Position numbers and translations under genes: made by a program
The notes under the pieces: model-generated
What the model saw: only the letters and a program-made list of their open reading frames with translations
What the model was told of the DNA's origin: nothing
Database searches by the model: none
Origin: Schmidtea polychroa
Lineage: Eukaryota
Assembly (NCBI GenBank): GCA_044892525.1
Contig: CM097885.1
Span: forward strand, 162,316,001 to 162,380,000
Length of the DNA stretch: 64,000 nucleotides
Direction: 5' to 3'
In this document: piece after piece, positions 1-12,836 of the stretch
Position numbering within the stretch: position 1 is the stretch's first letter
How the letters are laid out: each line of letters opens with the position of its first letter

Positions 1-19
1 AACCTTAATTAATATACCC

Positions 20-267
20 TTGCGATATGTTGAATGTGAGTAGTACCTTTGTGAGCAATACCCATAGGGGGACAGAATATTTTGTCGGATAGACTAGGAG
101 TATATACACCCATGTTAAACAAGGTATGTGTATATAGAATGTGTGTGTAAAATTATCGCTCCTTATTGACAACTTCATGTAAAGGCAAACACAGAATATT
201 GCAAACATATAATAATTCTCTACCCTATAACTTAGTGTGTAAAAATTATTTTAGGTTTTTGACTAAT

Positions 268-338
<71 letters not shown>

Positions 339-468
339 TAATACTAAAAATAATAAAGTTTAATGGGTCGTGTAAAAAATAATTTAGGTTTTTCACTAAT
401 ATTTGCGTTAATAATAATAAAGTTTAATAGGTTGTGTATCTATGTGTAAAAAATATTTTAGGTTTTTC

Positions 469-526
<58 letters not shown>

Positions 527-636
527 TGAAATTGTATTTGAAAATAATTTGCGACATGTTGATTGTGAGCAGTACCTTTGTGACCATTACCCTTAGGGGG
601 ACAGAATATCTTGTCGGATAGACTAGGAGTATATAT
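20..636 (+). repeat. Two copies (20-106, 549-636) of an LTR-like repeat separated by compound (AAT)n arrays
   Basis: TTGCGA.ATGTTGA.TGTGAG.AGTACCTTTGTGA...AGGGGGACAGAATAT.TTGTCGGATAGACTAGGAGTATATA occurs twice. Related copies lie at 11380-11450 (-), directly upstream of a gag relic, and at 27171-27215. A ~30-bp unit GTGTAAAAA..ATTTTAGGTTTTT recurs three times between (AAT)n tracts. Confidence 0.6.
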
Positions 637-889
637 ATTATATAATAATAATCATAATAATAATATTAATAATAATAATAATAATAATATTGATTAAAAC
701 TTTGAAAATAATACTTTGAACAATATTTGATGTAAAAGTTCCTGAAATAATCATGAAAATGTTGAAAATCGTGAAAATATTGAAAATGTAGAAAATTATG
801 AAAATATTGATAATTATTAAAAAATGCAAATGATGAAAATGTTGAAAATCATGAAATTGATGTAGAAATTAAGTTTTATGAATAATTGC

Positions 890-890
890 A

Positions 891-968
<78 letters not shown>
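890..968. repeat. (AAT)n microsatellite (others at 270-336 and 470-525)
   Basis: Pure trinucleotide runs, read directly. Confidence 0.95.
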
Positions 969-1189
969 TTTGAAAATAACATCTTCCACACGGGCGTTAA
1001 TATTTTAAAAGAAAATATTGAAAATTAAAAAATAATAATATGTAATCAACGATTTAAACAAATTATATTATTACGTATTCGATAATTAAAACAAAAAATT
1101 ATATAATCAATGATTTAAACAAATTATATAATCAACGATTTAAACAAAATTAAATTATTATGTAATCGATAATTAAAACAAAATTATTA

Positions 1190-1890
1190 GTTCTAATAAT
1201 ATGGCATCGTTCTAAAAATATGTGGCATCGATTACGTAATAGTTCTAAAAATATGTGGCATCGTTCTAAAAATATGACGTAATCAATCTAAAAATATTAG
1301 GCATCGTTCTAAAAATATTAGGCATCGTTTTAAAAATATGATGAGTCATTGTCTTTGTTCTAAAAATGTGATGAGTCATCGTATGATAAAAGTCTATATC
1401 TCATTAGAAAGTTCTTGCACAGAGCTTTAAAATAAGCTATCGATCTATATAATATGTTGGCGGGAACATTAATCTTTGGGATGAAAAAAAGTGTGAGCCC
1501 GCTGGGCCAATTAATAATATTTTGACAAATAATAATAATTTAACTTTGAAAAGATGGTGGTCATTAAATGTTAATAACATTAAAACTATTAAAGATATAT
1601 AAAATACCTATAGCACATCTTAAAGGTCCTGCACTGAGCTTTAAGATGAGGTATCGTCCAATAAAATCTGATGGCGGGAACATTAACTTTTGGGATGAAA
1701 AAAAGTGTGAGCCCGCTGGGCCACTAATAATATGGCATCGTTCTAAAAATATGTGGTATCGATTACGTAATAGTTCTAAAAATATGTGGCATCGTTCTAA
1801 AAGTATGTGGCATCGATTACGTAATAGTTCTAAAAATATTAGACATCGATTACGCAATAGTTCTAAAAATATGTGGCTTCGTTCTAAAAA
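1190..1890. repeat. Composite minisatellite
   Basis: Interleaved units TGGCATCGTTCTAAAAATATG and TGGCATCGATTACGTAATAGTTCTAAAAATA, plus a duplicated ~52-bp block GGCGGGAACATTAA..TTTGGGATGAAAAAAAGTGTGAGCCCGCTGGGCCA at ~1459 and ~1674. Confidence 0.85.
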
Positions 1891-1914
1891 TTTTTTTCCG
1901 GGGGGGAGGGGTAT

Positions 1915-1966
1915 ATGTGGCCGGGGAGCTCCTGGCCGGGGGAGCTCCTGGCCGGGGGAGCTCCAA
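1915..1966. repeat. Three GGCCGGGG(G)AGCTCC(T) repeats, likely subterminal repeats of the adjacent MULE
   Basis: GC-rich triplicated 15-16-mer about 800 bp beyond the MULE stop codon. The link to the MULE is inference. Confidence 0.45.
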
Positions 1967-2777
1967 TCATACTACTTATAAAAAAATATAAAATTTAAAG
2001 TTAAATTTTTCTGTTAAGTTTTTATTAGATACTTTTTACAGTATGCGACATATTTGTTTCATTATTTCAATATTTTTAGTTTTTTGGTGGAGTATATAAC
2101 ACATTTTGATTATTCTTTTTCATTTCTTTCTTTTGTATTCCTAATTAATACAATTAATTAATTTACTAATTAATATCCGTTAAAAAGTTAAAAATAATAA
2201 TGTTAACATAAAATAAAAATAACGCTGAAAATGAAATCAATGAATTATAGAAAATAATTTTGAATGATTTAAATTTGCAAAATCATTTCAAAACAAATTT
2301 AATCAAAAGATAAAAACCAATTAAAATATTTTAAAAGTTAAAATAAAATAATTTTCAAAATTAAACAAGATTGTTTGGATTGATATGTTGGAATTGTGAT
2401 GAAGAATAAATAAAATATACAATCACCTTAAATTTGTTTAAATTTGTTTAATGGTTAATAAAACAAAAACTTACTTGTGGACTGGTCTTTCAAAATAGAA
2501 ATATTTAAATCATTTGAATGAAAACTATTTCAAAATATTTTATATTTTTTTTATAATAAGAAAATTATTGAATTAATAAAAGATGAAAGGTGAAACCAAA
2601 AGATAAATATGATTTTTAAAAATTAAATTTTATTTTTGCATTTATTTTATTGAAACATTTTATTTGGTTGTCATATATATATATTGTTAAAAAATATATT
2701 GTTAAGTAAAATAAAATTATCAGTTAAATAAAAATCTTTTTGTTAAGTATAAAAAAAATCAATATTATTTATTTAAC

Positions 2778-4404
2778 CTAATTCTTTTTTTTTGGTTCTC
2801 TTTGCAATGCCTCAGTTGCTTTACTAGAACTTCTTCTTTTTCGTTTATCAGCAATTGGAATATTCTTTGCAATAAGAGGATTCACACATATTTTGGCTCT
2901 AAATGCTAATCCAATTAAATGTCTCCATACATGATTTTTTGCAATCTTTGGACATGTACAAGAACCATTTTTCCAATTTTGATTTTCTAAAGTAGATTCT
3001 TTTGGAATTGTAATTGCTGGCAAATCCTTTGCAGAAACTGAATAAACCAAATTATGTTCATTTGAGTCAACCACGTGCACTTTATTAACTTTTTGAAACC
3101 ACTGGTATGTATTGGTTAAGGTTTTTGTGTTGATGAGAAGTTCAGTTTGGTACAATTTTTCTTTGTCTTTATTGCTTGGACTCTTTGACAATTTTAATTG
3201 CTGCTACAAAAAATATTTGATTGGTAAACGTTCTCTGATAGTGTAACTTGATTTTATATCTTCATCTGTACCTTCAAGAGCATCGTTGTGTGACGGGTAA
3301 CCAGGTGTTAAACCTTCATACCATCCAACATGTGCATCTAACTATTCTTTTCTAAAATATGCTGTAAATATTTCTTATTTTTCATACCACTTATCAATAA
3401 ATAATTCAGCTTCCTCATCGAAAATATTTTCGTTTTGAGCAATTTGTAAATTTTTTAAATCTTCGATTGCTGCTGTTTTGTTTTTGGTATCATTAAAATT
3501 TCCAAATTTTTCAATTCCTCTTCTAACATGAATTGTGCACATACCACGTTTGTATTGACTGTCATCTTCAAATTTAAATGCCTCTTTGAATCCATTTGAA
3601 ATTGAATCAGTTGGATCAGCCATTATTGTCTTCGATTTTGGTTCATAACTCATATCGATTGATTTGAGATATAAATTAAAAATCATAACCTGTTTCTGAT
3701 GTTGTGACCTCAATGCCAAACGGAATATAGTGATTTGGCTTGTCTATAGTTCCAACCATTAGAACTGGAAGTTTCGCCAAATTAATTGTAGTAATCTTTT
3801 AGTTGTAAAAAAAATTCTTATTGTAAAATTTATTTCATATACTGCATCTTCTTCATCTTCTAATGGTTCATCTTCTTTGTCTGGTACTTTAAAGTGAGAT
3901 TTGCACATTTTCTCAAGCTCACCCAAATTAATTCGGCATGGACCTTTAAATTTCTTTCTATGTTGATTTAAATAACTTACAATTTGATTTCGCTTTGGAA
4001 ATTCACGAAATATAGATCTTGATTGTTTGATGTTTTGACAGTACCATGTTGTTACTAGCTCTATCTCTATTTTTGGTAAGCCTCGTTTTTCTTTATTTGC
4101 ACAATGTCATTTCATTGTTATTATTGTTAAATATTAATTGAATTGAAGCATGGCATGTTAATTTTCGATGTTGTGTATTCTTAAAACGTTATAAATGATT
4201 GGCACCTTCAACTTGTGTGAACTTTCGGTAATAGAAAGTAAACTGATCTTCTAATTGTATGCACTCTAATACTTCTTTTTATTCAAATGTTCTTACAAAT
4301 TCCCATTCGTGCTTTATGCGTATTTTTGGATCTTGTTCGTCTTCACTTTGACAATCTTCTTCATTTTCGTTTAGTTGATTGTGGATACTAACGAGGAATG
4401 CCAT
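2778..4404 (-). pseudogene. Mutator/MULE transposase with SWIM zinc finger, disrupted
   Basis: Pieces LAKLPVLMVGTIDKPNHYIPFG, MADPTDSISNGFKEAF..MCTIHVRR, YFRKE*LDAHVGWYEG and SWIM CTCPKIAKNHVWRHLIG. ATG at 4404; multiple stops and frameshifts. Confidence 0.85.
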
Positions 4405-5252
4405 TATAATTTTATTTTTCTTAAGTATAAATACTCAATTGAAAATTTCTACTGTACAAACAAATTCATTTACTTGTAGTTCTTATTAAATAATTTAATG
4501 TTCAATTATTTAATTTTAACTTTGAATTAATTCATTTAACATTCAATTTATCTACTGAACAGTTATTATTAAAACAACATTTATTTGCATCTACTTAACA
4601 ATTATTATTTATAATTAATTTTTCAATTATTTTACTGAAAATTTAATTAAATTTTTAACTTAACATTTATATATAAATCATTTTATTTTATTTAATAATT
4701 TTATGAATAATATAATTATATTCAAAAATCGAATATTTAAACAATTTTAATTAATTTAATTAATTCATTTTATTCAACATTCAGCATGCTGGTCATTAGT
4801 AGGATGGATCAAGATTCTGGTTATCTTTGTTGATTTTTTCATTTTTCACTGATTTTTTATTATGCTTGTTGCAACTAAAACAATTGTAGAAGGTTTGGAA
4901 TGCATTTTATTTGGTTCAACTTTCTCTGACATTATTATTTATATCAGGTAAATGGGATATCCTTGTTTTCAATTTATATTCTCTTTGCTTCTTTCGTTTG
5001 TCAAGTAATTTCCTTTAAAATTCAAGAAGAATTCTTTGTTTGTAATCGAAATAGATGCATTAGTCAGCTAATACCGCAATAATTTACTTTGAAGACATTA
5101 CAAATAATTGCACTTCTGTTAAAATAAATTCAATCTTTTTTGACTCGGAGAGAACTTGTACTGAGCGCCTATGTGGTTCTGCACAGATTTTCATTCATCC
5201 GGCTTCTGAACATTCTTACTAAATTTCATTTGTATCTTTATTTCGGTACATT

Positions 5253-5428
5253 GCATAATTCTAAAATCATAACCAAGATGTCTTTTTATCAAAAACTTTA
5301 TAAATTTGAATGATATCTGAATGATTTAATTTGCCTAAAATTCTAACTTCTCTGACAAAGTCATTGGTTTTGATACCAATTTCCGACATAGAAATTCATT
5401 TTTTCTTAATAAATTTAGCTATGTAATC
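5253..5428 (-). pseudogene. Protein-kinase N-lobe fragment, DAPK/CAMK-like
   Basis: DYIAKFIKKK*ISMSEIGIKTNDFVREVRILGKLNHSDIIQIYKVFDKKTSW, then frameshift to MILELC. Resembles the DAPK pattern YAAKFIKKRR...EREVSIL...HPN...VILILEL. Confidence 0.55.
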
Positions 5429-6855
5429 AACATTAGTTTACTGTGGGATAATGACTCTTTAATATTGTAACCTCTTTAATTCTTTATCGACTACTCTTAC
5501 ACATATGTACTACTTGGTCTTTGGTCAAAACCAAACGCTTTTAATTGAGTTAAATTTGGTTTATATGTGTACCATTTAAATTTATAATGCATTTTCATAG
5601 TTTTGTATCTGCGCCGACGCAAAAAACGTCCAATTTGTTCACTTTACTCGATTACATTAAGCGATGCAACATATTTAGTGATTTAGTATTTATACCCGAT
5701 TAAAATTTACGTCACGAAGAATTTAATCAGCGGACAGGATGATGTTTTTATTTTTTTACAAGCTTTTATTAACTCTTAGATAATTTATCCTTTTTCTTTT
5801 CTACTTGAATGTTATGTTTTCCAGAAGCATTCATTTGAAAAATACCTTTATTATCAAACTTTGACTTTCGAAAAATGTTCCAAAATCAAAACGGCAAACT
5901 CAAAATTGATAATCAAATCAATAAGTCTAAAGAAACAAATATTAAAAAGATTTTATAGAAACTGATTATATTTGATTGAAATGCTTCAAAAAAAATAATA
6001 AAAATGATAACCACCAGAAACTCTTTGGCCTCAAACTTGCGGCAAATTGTTTAACATTTAATTAATGCTACTAAGAAATCATCATTTTATACTTTCAAAA
6101 GGCCTGAGCCGAGCAAAAAATACTTTGAATTACTGAATTTAGTTATAATCAATGAGAATTATACTTCGCAGCAAAAGGCTTAAATTATCATTTAATTGTT
6201 TAACATTTAATTAATGCTGCAACTAAGGAATCATCACTTTATAACTTCAATTATCATTAACAAGAACATTTTTTAAATTTTAATTTGCAATATGAGATCA
6301 TGTTTACTCAATCAGCCAAAACTGAATGAAATGAAAATTACCTCACTGACCCATTATGATTTTCAGAATATAAAGAAATGACAAATTTATTTTTCATTAT
6401 TTAAAGCTTTCACTCGAAACAAAATCGAGATATTTGATTCAAATTCGAATTACATGGAAATTTCCATTTATCAAAATTTGTAAATAAAAATTGTAAACAA
6501 TTTTATTTTTGTACTTTTATTTCTAATGATATTTCTAATTAAATCACATTTTAATCTACAATTTATTACTAATAAACTTTTTGTGGCTCACTTCTCTTGA
6601 TGATAAATATATATTTTGAAAAAATGGCTCGTTACACCAGAAAAGTGTTGTCAATCCCGGTAATAATTTCATAGCTCATATAGGGATATATATAGGGATA
6701 TATATATTATAAGAACTTTTTTCAAATTTAACCACTGATTTCTTTTCAATTGACATTGTATATATATAATATAGTAAATATAATAAAAAACATCGATATA
6801 TTTAATTATTCATAGTCAAGTTTTTTAATAAATACATACACACATATATAAATAA

Positions 6856-6857
<2 letters not shown>

Positions 6858-6910
<53 letters not shown>
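6858..6910. repeat. (TA)n microsatellite (another at 56908-56958)
   Basis: Read directly. Confidence 0.95.
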
Positions 6911-6913
<3 letters not shown>

Positions 6914-7016
6914 TGGGATGTCTTTCAAAAAAAAAGATGTTAAAGACTTTAGAAATTAAGTAAAATCTGCTGTTATTTTGTATATATTTCAAAGTAGATA
7001 AACGAAATAATCTTAC

Positions 7017-7402
7017 AATTCCTGAAGGAATGTCGTATTCCTGGCTGCAGCCAATTAACGGAACTTTTAATTCTGTCGCCAGTAATGCCATTTCTTGATT
7101 AATGGAATTGGAAACAAGAAATGCAGGTCTATTTTTATATATTTCTAGAAACTTTCTGATTTTACTCATAATGTACCAGGTTCCACCGACCGGATTATAT
7201 CCATTTCCATATTCGAGTTTAATGCGGGTTAAGTGAATGTTAATTACAGTGTTATAAACTGCAGAAAAGTTCCTGATATACTCCTGTCGAAGACTCAACC
7301 ATTCATTTTCCTCATTGCTCTTGGTGCTGGAATCTCTGATAATCAAGATTACGTGCACCAACACCGTTTTGGGGGTCGGTTTATATTCATGCATATTATA
7401 CA
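7017..7402 (-). CDS. Putative coding exon, weakly IQCH-like
   Basis: Stop-free frame bounded by TTTTGAAG| and |GTAAGA. AFLVSNSINQEMALLATELKVPLIG resembles IQCH AYIVSG..DDLAVADMLDIPILG. No partner exons were confidently found. Confidence 0.35.
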
Positions 7403-7734
7403 CTTCAAAAATCCAAGTTATAATATACAAAAGAAAATGGAATTTCATGTTTAATTTCGATTTAACATTAAAAATTCATTTTGCTAAAAATTAAAATATA
7501 AAAATTATTGAAGCTGACCAATAAGAAAACGCCAATTAAAACATTTAATATATTAGAAAATCAAAGTAAATAAATTCTATGATAATTTCTAAACAAATAA
7601 ATTACTTTTAATTATTTTTGATAATATTTATCAAATCGGATTATTTTTCAGCAGAAAAATTAGTTATTTGTTTCAATTTTTACCATTTACAGATAAACAG
7701 AGTCGATTTTATCAATATATTGTTAGATTGTATT

Positions 7735-7841
7735 TATTAAAAAGCTTGACTATGAATCACTTTAAAAAGGCAATGTCGAAAATTCGTGAATATCAAAAAA
7801 ACATCGATATATTTACGGATTCATAGTCAAGCTTTTTAATA
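7735..7841. mobile_element. Tiny MITE-like element with 24-bp perfect inverted repeats
   Basis: TATTAAAAAGCTTGACTATGAATC at 7735-7758 and its reverse complement at 7818-7841. The core AAAGGCA.TG.CGAAAATTCGTGA.TAT.AA.AAACATCGATATATT is shared with 14717-14800 (-), 49178-49265, 58870-58934 and partly ~6790-6830. Confidence 0.7.
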
Positions 7842-8983
7842 ATACAATGTCAATTGAAATCAGTGGTGAAAATTGAAAAATGTTCTTATAATATTGTTAG
7901 ATGATAATATTTTAATATTTTCATTTCATATTACTCTAACTGTTCATAAATGTTTTATATTTATGAAAATAATATGTCTATATGTAGACAAGCACTGATT
8001 TTCAATGGAGCCCTGGCTGAACAACGTTTCGGGCTCCATTTCCCTCCGTTTAGCGAACATTATGGAATTTCTAACAAATTATACAATATCTTTAAATTTC
8101 GTTTGAACTTGTAAGCTTCTTATAACTTTCTTATATTATTTTATTATTATACATCCCTCATTTTGTGTTATTTAGGACCTAATAATTATTTTTAATTGTG
8201 ATTTTTATAGTTTAATATTTATTTTTTTATAATTACGTTAAAATCTATAAATATCCAAAAATTAAATAAAATTAAAATAAAAGGTTTTGCTGACTCAAAA
8301 GAGCGAAAGACATAAAATATTATATGCACTATTGTTTGCTTTTTCTCTTCTCGATTTCTTATTAATTATAGGTGTAAATTATAATTTGATAAAGATAAGA
8401 AATAAACCGATTTATATAGGCTATAATTAAAATTAAAATAATAAATTACATTTTTATGAGTGATTTTATTATATAAAGGTTACATTATTTATCATTAAAA
8501 TATTTGTTCAACATTTTAATTTCTTTTATTCAAAAATTATTTATAAAAATTTGTTATCAAAAATTATAATCATTAAATTTAAGGTGTTAATTTTTAATTT
8601 TCGTGTTTATTAATTAATGAAAAAATTTTCGCGTTTACTAATTAATGCAAATTTTTTTCGTAATTTTTAAATTTCTCTAAATTTAATTAAATAAAACAAT
8701 ATTTGATATTAATAATAAATATAATAATAATAATAATAAAAATAAAAGTTAACCACATGGTTGCTTAAAATGTATGTATATTATACATTATATAATAAAG
8801 GAATAAGTATATAGACTTACAAAGAAGAGCTTCAATTTATTAACATAACCATTGAAAACTTAATTTTGAGTATATATAACCGAGCTCCAGAAACCACAAC
8901 AGTGTGATAATGCAAAGAGCATAAGTCATAGGAATCTATATGAAATCATACATACTATTTGTATAACATTTTCTTACTGTAAA

Positions 8984-9423
8984 TATGCCCGCCGACAGCA
9001 ATTCCGGGCCCCTATGCAGATGATTTCATGGACCCCTAAACAATTGTTAATCGCGCATGAAATAGCATATGACGTTTTATTTGACGTAGTAGTCTATGGC
9101 CCGTGGGTGTGTTCTATAGTACACAAATGATACACATGGTTTCAGTTTCAGTAATCATATTTAGTAAATATAACAATTTTTAATTCAAGCATTACAAAAA
9201 CTCAAAATTTTATTTAGTTTATTTTGAATATTGATACCGATGTTGATTTAACAACTTGTTGATGTTCTTTCAATTTATTCTGATGGAATTCAGATGCTTG
9301 AACTTTAAACTGATTGTAGTTAAGTCAACTTAAGTGTCAGTAATATTATATTTAAATACATAACAAATCGAACTCGAGCCCCTGTGTATTTGCACTCCCT
9401 GTCCCCACCTCTCGGCGGGCCTG
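8984..9423. mobile_element. hAT-type MITE
   Basis: Imperfect TIR (tat)GCCCGCCGAcAG / CTCTCGGCGGGCCTG; 8-bp TSD ACTGTAAA / ATTGTAAA. Confidence 0.75.
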
Positions 9424-10128
9424 ATTGTAAATATTGGTTTGTATGTAAAAACATGTTTTTAATAAATTATCCAACAAGTTTGGTGTTATTATTAATATAA
9501 TACCTCAAGTTGAAAAGTTAATAATTTTTTTATTTCTTCCTTAGCACTTCCATTTGTAAGGATGTTTTAATAGTTAAAATCTCACATCAAAAAGTTTTAA
9601 TTTGAACTTTGCATATTGTATCATGAAAATGAATCTGTTTATGTCACCGTTATATTTTATAATATTTATTATTTTTATAAATATTTATTTATTCTCTAAA
9701 ACACGCACCGAAATAAAAATGATTTTTACATAAATCAATTATTCATAAATGTTTTATTTATTACTATTCTAACAAAAACTTCGGAGTACACCCCATAAAA
9801 CCATCTGTATTTTCTGTCTGGAGTATTCTTTTGGTATTAGAATATATTGATGATAATTGCAATGTTTCGTTTGAAAAAAGATATGATATTAAACTTCTAT
9901 GATTATTATACATTATAAATTACATTAATACATTAATATTTATATTATCTATATAATAAAAACCCAAAAATATTATTAAGATAAATTTTGTACAAATAAT
10001 TAGAAACTAAGTGTAATATTTTTAGGAAATTTTAAATTAAAAAAATTTAATAATAAAATAATTATAACGATTAAATATTTTTTAACTAGCTTTAACTTCA
10101 AATATTGGATCAGCTATCATTAATTTTA

Positions 10129-10330
10129 CTAGATTTGCCAGACGTCCGCGTTTTTCGAAAGATGTTTTCGAGACGCTCATTCGTTCCGGTTTAAAGTTTT
10201 TGAAAAAATGACAAAATTTGAAAACGTTTGGTCCATGTTTCGCTTTTTAAGCTTTTCTTTTACAATTTTACTTTTCGGATCGGTGGTTTTACCGGAAAAT
10301 ATTTTCGTTGGGTTTTTATGATAGCTTTAA
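10129..10330 (-). mobile_element. Helitron-like 3' end
   Basis: Minus strand ends ...CGCGGACGTCTGGCAAATCTAG|T. The 5' end was not located. Confidence 0.35.
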
Positions 10331-10559
10331 TTTGTGTGTTTTGTCTATTGGATATAAATTAACAAATGAACCATAAATAATAAGTTTCACTTCGGGCTCC
10401 TCTTTATGTTATTAGTTGTTAGTTTTTGGGTGATTGAGATTAATAACTATTTATATATTACATACATTTTTAAATTTTACAAGAAAGAGAAAAAATAATG
10501 CTAGAAACTATTTAGTGAAGTTGTGTTACTGTTTAATAATAAATTTTCAATTATTGTGA

Positions 10560-11290
10560 TACTGATAATATGAAATATTTTAGCGCATCCAGACGTTTCT
10601 GTTTCCCAGGATTGACCCAGTTCAGCGTGGTAAAATCTGGTAACCCTAATTTTACAATGAACAAAAGTAATATGGATAGGATTACCAGACTTATGGCATT
10701 TCAATTTCGTGCATTTACCTTACATGACCATCTTTTCCACACTCGTAACATTTGACGCGACTCATAGAAATGGCACAAGAATGATTCGTCAAATCCAATC
10801 CATAACACGTTGACTGTCACTAGTAACAATTTCTATACCAATTTCTTTTACCAATTGTGTCAGAGGAATTGAAAGAGTACCAGGTCTGGCACTTATTTGG
10901 GGCCCTAGGTCCTGTGGTAGATTATTCACATAAAATAGCCTCAGCAAGCCACCTGGTTCTTTACAAACGATTTCCATCAGTGTTCTAAGATTTCCCAAGT
11001 GTACGTCCAGATTTTTATTTGCTTTCCACTGCATTTTTGTTAATTCAGCTACTGGAATCCAAGACATTTTGCCAAAGGTTTTCCTAAATGTTGTAAGTGC
11101 ATCTTCTAATGTTATCTTATTTCCCTAATTTCCCTTAAGCATATCGAATGTTGCATATGCATTCCCAGCCAGAACTAACGGTATATTTTTCACGAATTTC
11201 GCTTCGCTAAACAGGCTAGCAGCTCTTCTGCTTTTCTTTATAAATTCTCTGACATATGCTTCATCAACCTCATTGCAAATGCCGAGAAGC
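10560..11290 (-). pseudogene. Decayed Ty3/Gypsy gag
   Basis: KFVKNIPLVLAGNAYATFDML, LLRLFYVNNLPQDL and zinc knuckles CYECGKDGHVR..C / CHKSGNPIH across stops and frameshifts. An LTR-like repeat lies immediately upstream (11380-11450). Confidence 0.65.
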
Positions 11291-12163
11291 GGTATATAAT
11301 AAGTTAATAAAAGTTAACAATATTATTTAGCAATTTCTTTTAATTACATAATTCATAAAGTAATGTTGATTAGTTTTATTATATATACTCGTAGTTTATC
11401 CGACAGGATGTTTTGACCCCCTAAGGGTATTAGTCGCAAGGGTACTATTAATACTATAATTAATGAATTTATTTTTGGGATATTTTGGCATTTGTTGGAT
11501 GTCGGTCATTTTTAGGGGTTTGCAGTCGGCTAATTTTTCACGATCTGTCGACTCTTTTTTTTACTTCCATATTCGACTATTCTGACTTTTACCTGAAAGC
11601 TTGTTATCTTCAAAAGAACTAGATGATATAGTTTTTATTTAATCAGTTAATTCACTTTGGAAATCTTTCACGTTTTGTTCAACTACTTATTTAAACAATT
11701 ACAGTTATAAAATATTTATTAAAAGTTTATAAAAATTTAATTTTACATAAACCAAAAATATTATTAAGATATATTTTGTACAAATAATAAGAAACTAAGT
11801 ATAATATTTTGGCAATTTTAAATTAAATAAATTTAATGATAAAATATATAACGAATTTATAAAGATTAAATATTTTTTCAACAGTGGTAATTTCAAATAT
11901 TATTTAAACAAAAAATAATATATGTCTAAGTAGTGATAATTATTAAAAGTATTACTCAATTAATTACAATCATACAAAATTTATTTCATTTATTACATTA
12001 TTCATGATTTTGTAACGAAATTTCTTACTGTGCTAAAAATAGTGCCGGGCAGTATATAACATCAAGTATCTCCAATTTTACTGTTCTCAATTTTAATTAT
12101 AATATTTTTTATTTATTTTTTACTTATAATTTTAGATAGATTTTAAATGTTTTTTATTATATT

Positions 12164-12836
12164 TCAGTTAAGTGTGTTCCCATGAAGATAATCTAACAAC
12201 GGACGATTCGCGTATTGGGAGATGATGTGTTTGATTTGGGATACTGTATTTTGTATATCTTCGCATTCAGAGGAGGTTGATAGATGGGTGCTGGTTGAAT
12301 GCTGTTCTACTTCTACAAATACCCCTAGAATTCCTTTCTCGAACGAAGACAATTTTTAAGAATGCCCACATTACTGATAATCTTTTTTATATGACCAACG
12401 CTAAGCACGAGATATTTTACAGTTCGGTAAAGTGGACGAAAGTATTTAATATTAACCAAAATAATATATCAAATAAAGAGTTATTCAGTATTATTTTTCA
12501 ATTCACCTAAAAATAGTCAAACATGTGAATCCAAAATGAAACTTGTTTATTAATCAAATTACAAATTTAACAAATTTACAAAAGATGTTGATGTTCTTCG
12601 GAGCATGCTAGCAAGTATAAATTTTAACGTTTTCGGATTGCTGAAAATTTCAATGTTAATGCGACCACATAAGAATAATTTGTATCAATAGATGAGTACC
12701 TAAAGGTGCAAGATCTTGGTGGCAGAATTTCACAGGGAATAAAGATGCATTCATGCAGATACGGATTAAGCCATTTTAGTGCACAAGGCAAAAACCTACA
12801 TAGGTGCCCCTTCTGCCAGGTCCCTTGATCTTTCAC
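12164..12836 (-). other. Coding-like segments of unknown origin (12164-12352, 12624-12836)
   Basis: Locally higher GC with short open frames; no recognisable domain. Confidence 0.2.

Noticed and set aside
5-1981. Short ORFs (poly-Asn, poly-Ile, repeat peptides)
   Set aside because: Artefacts of microsatellite and minisatellite periodicity.
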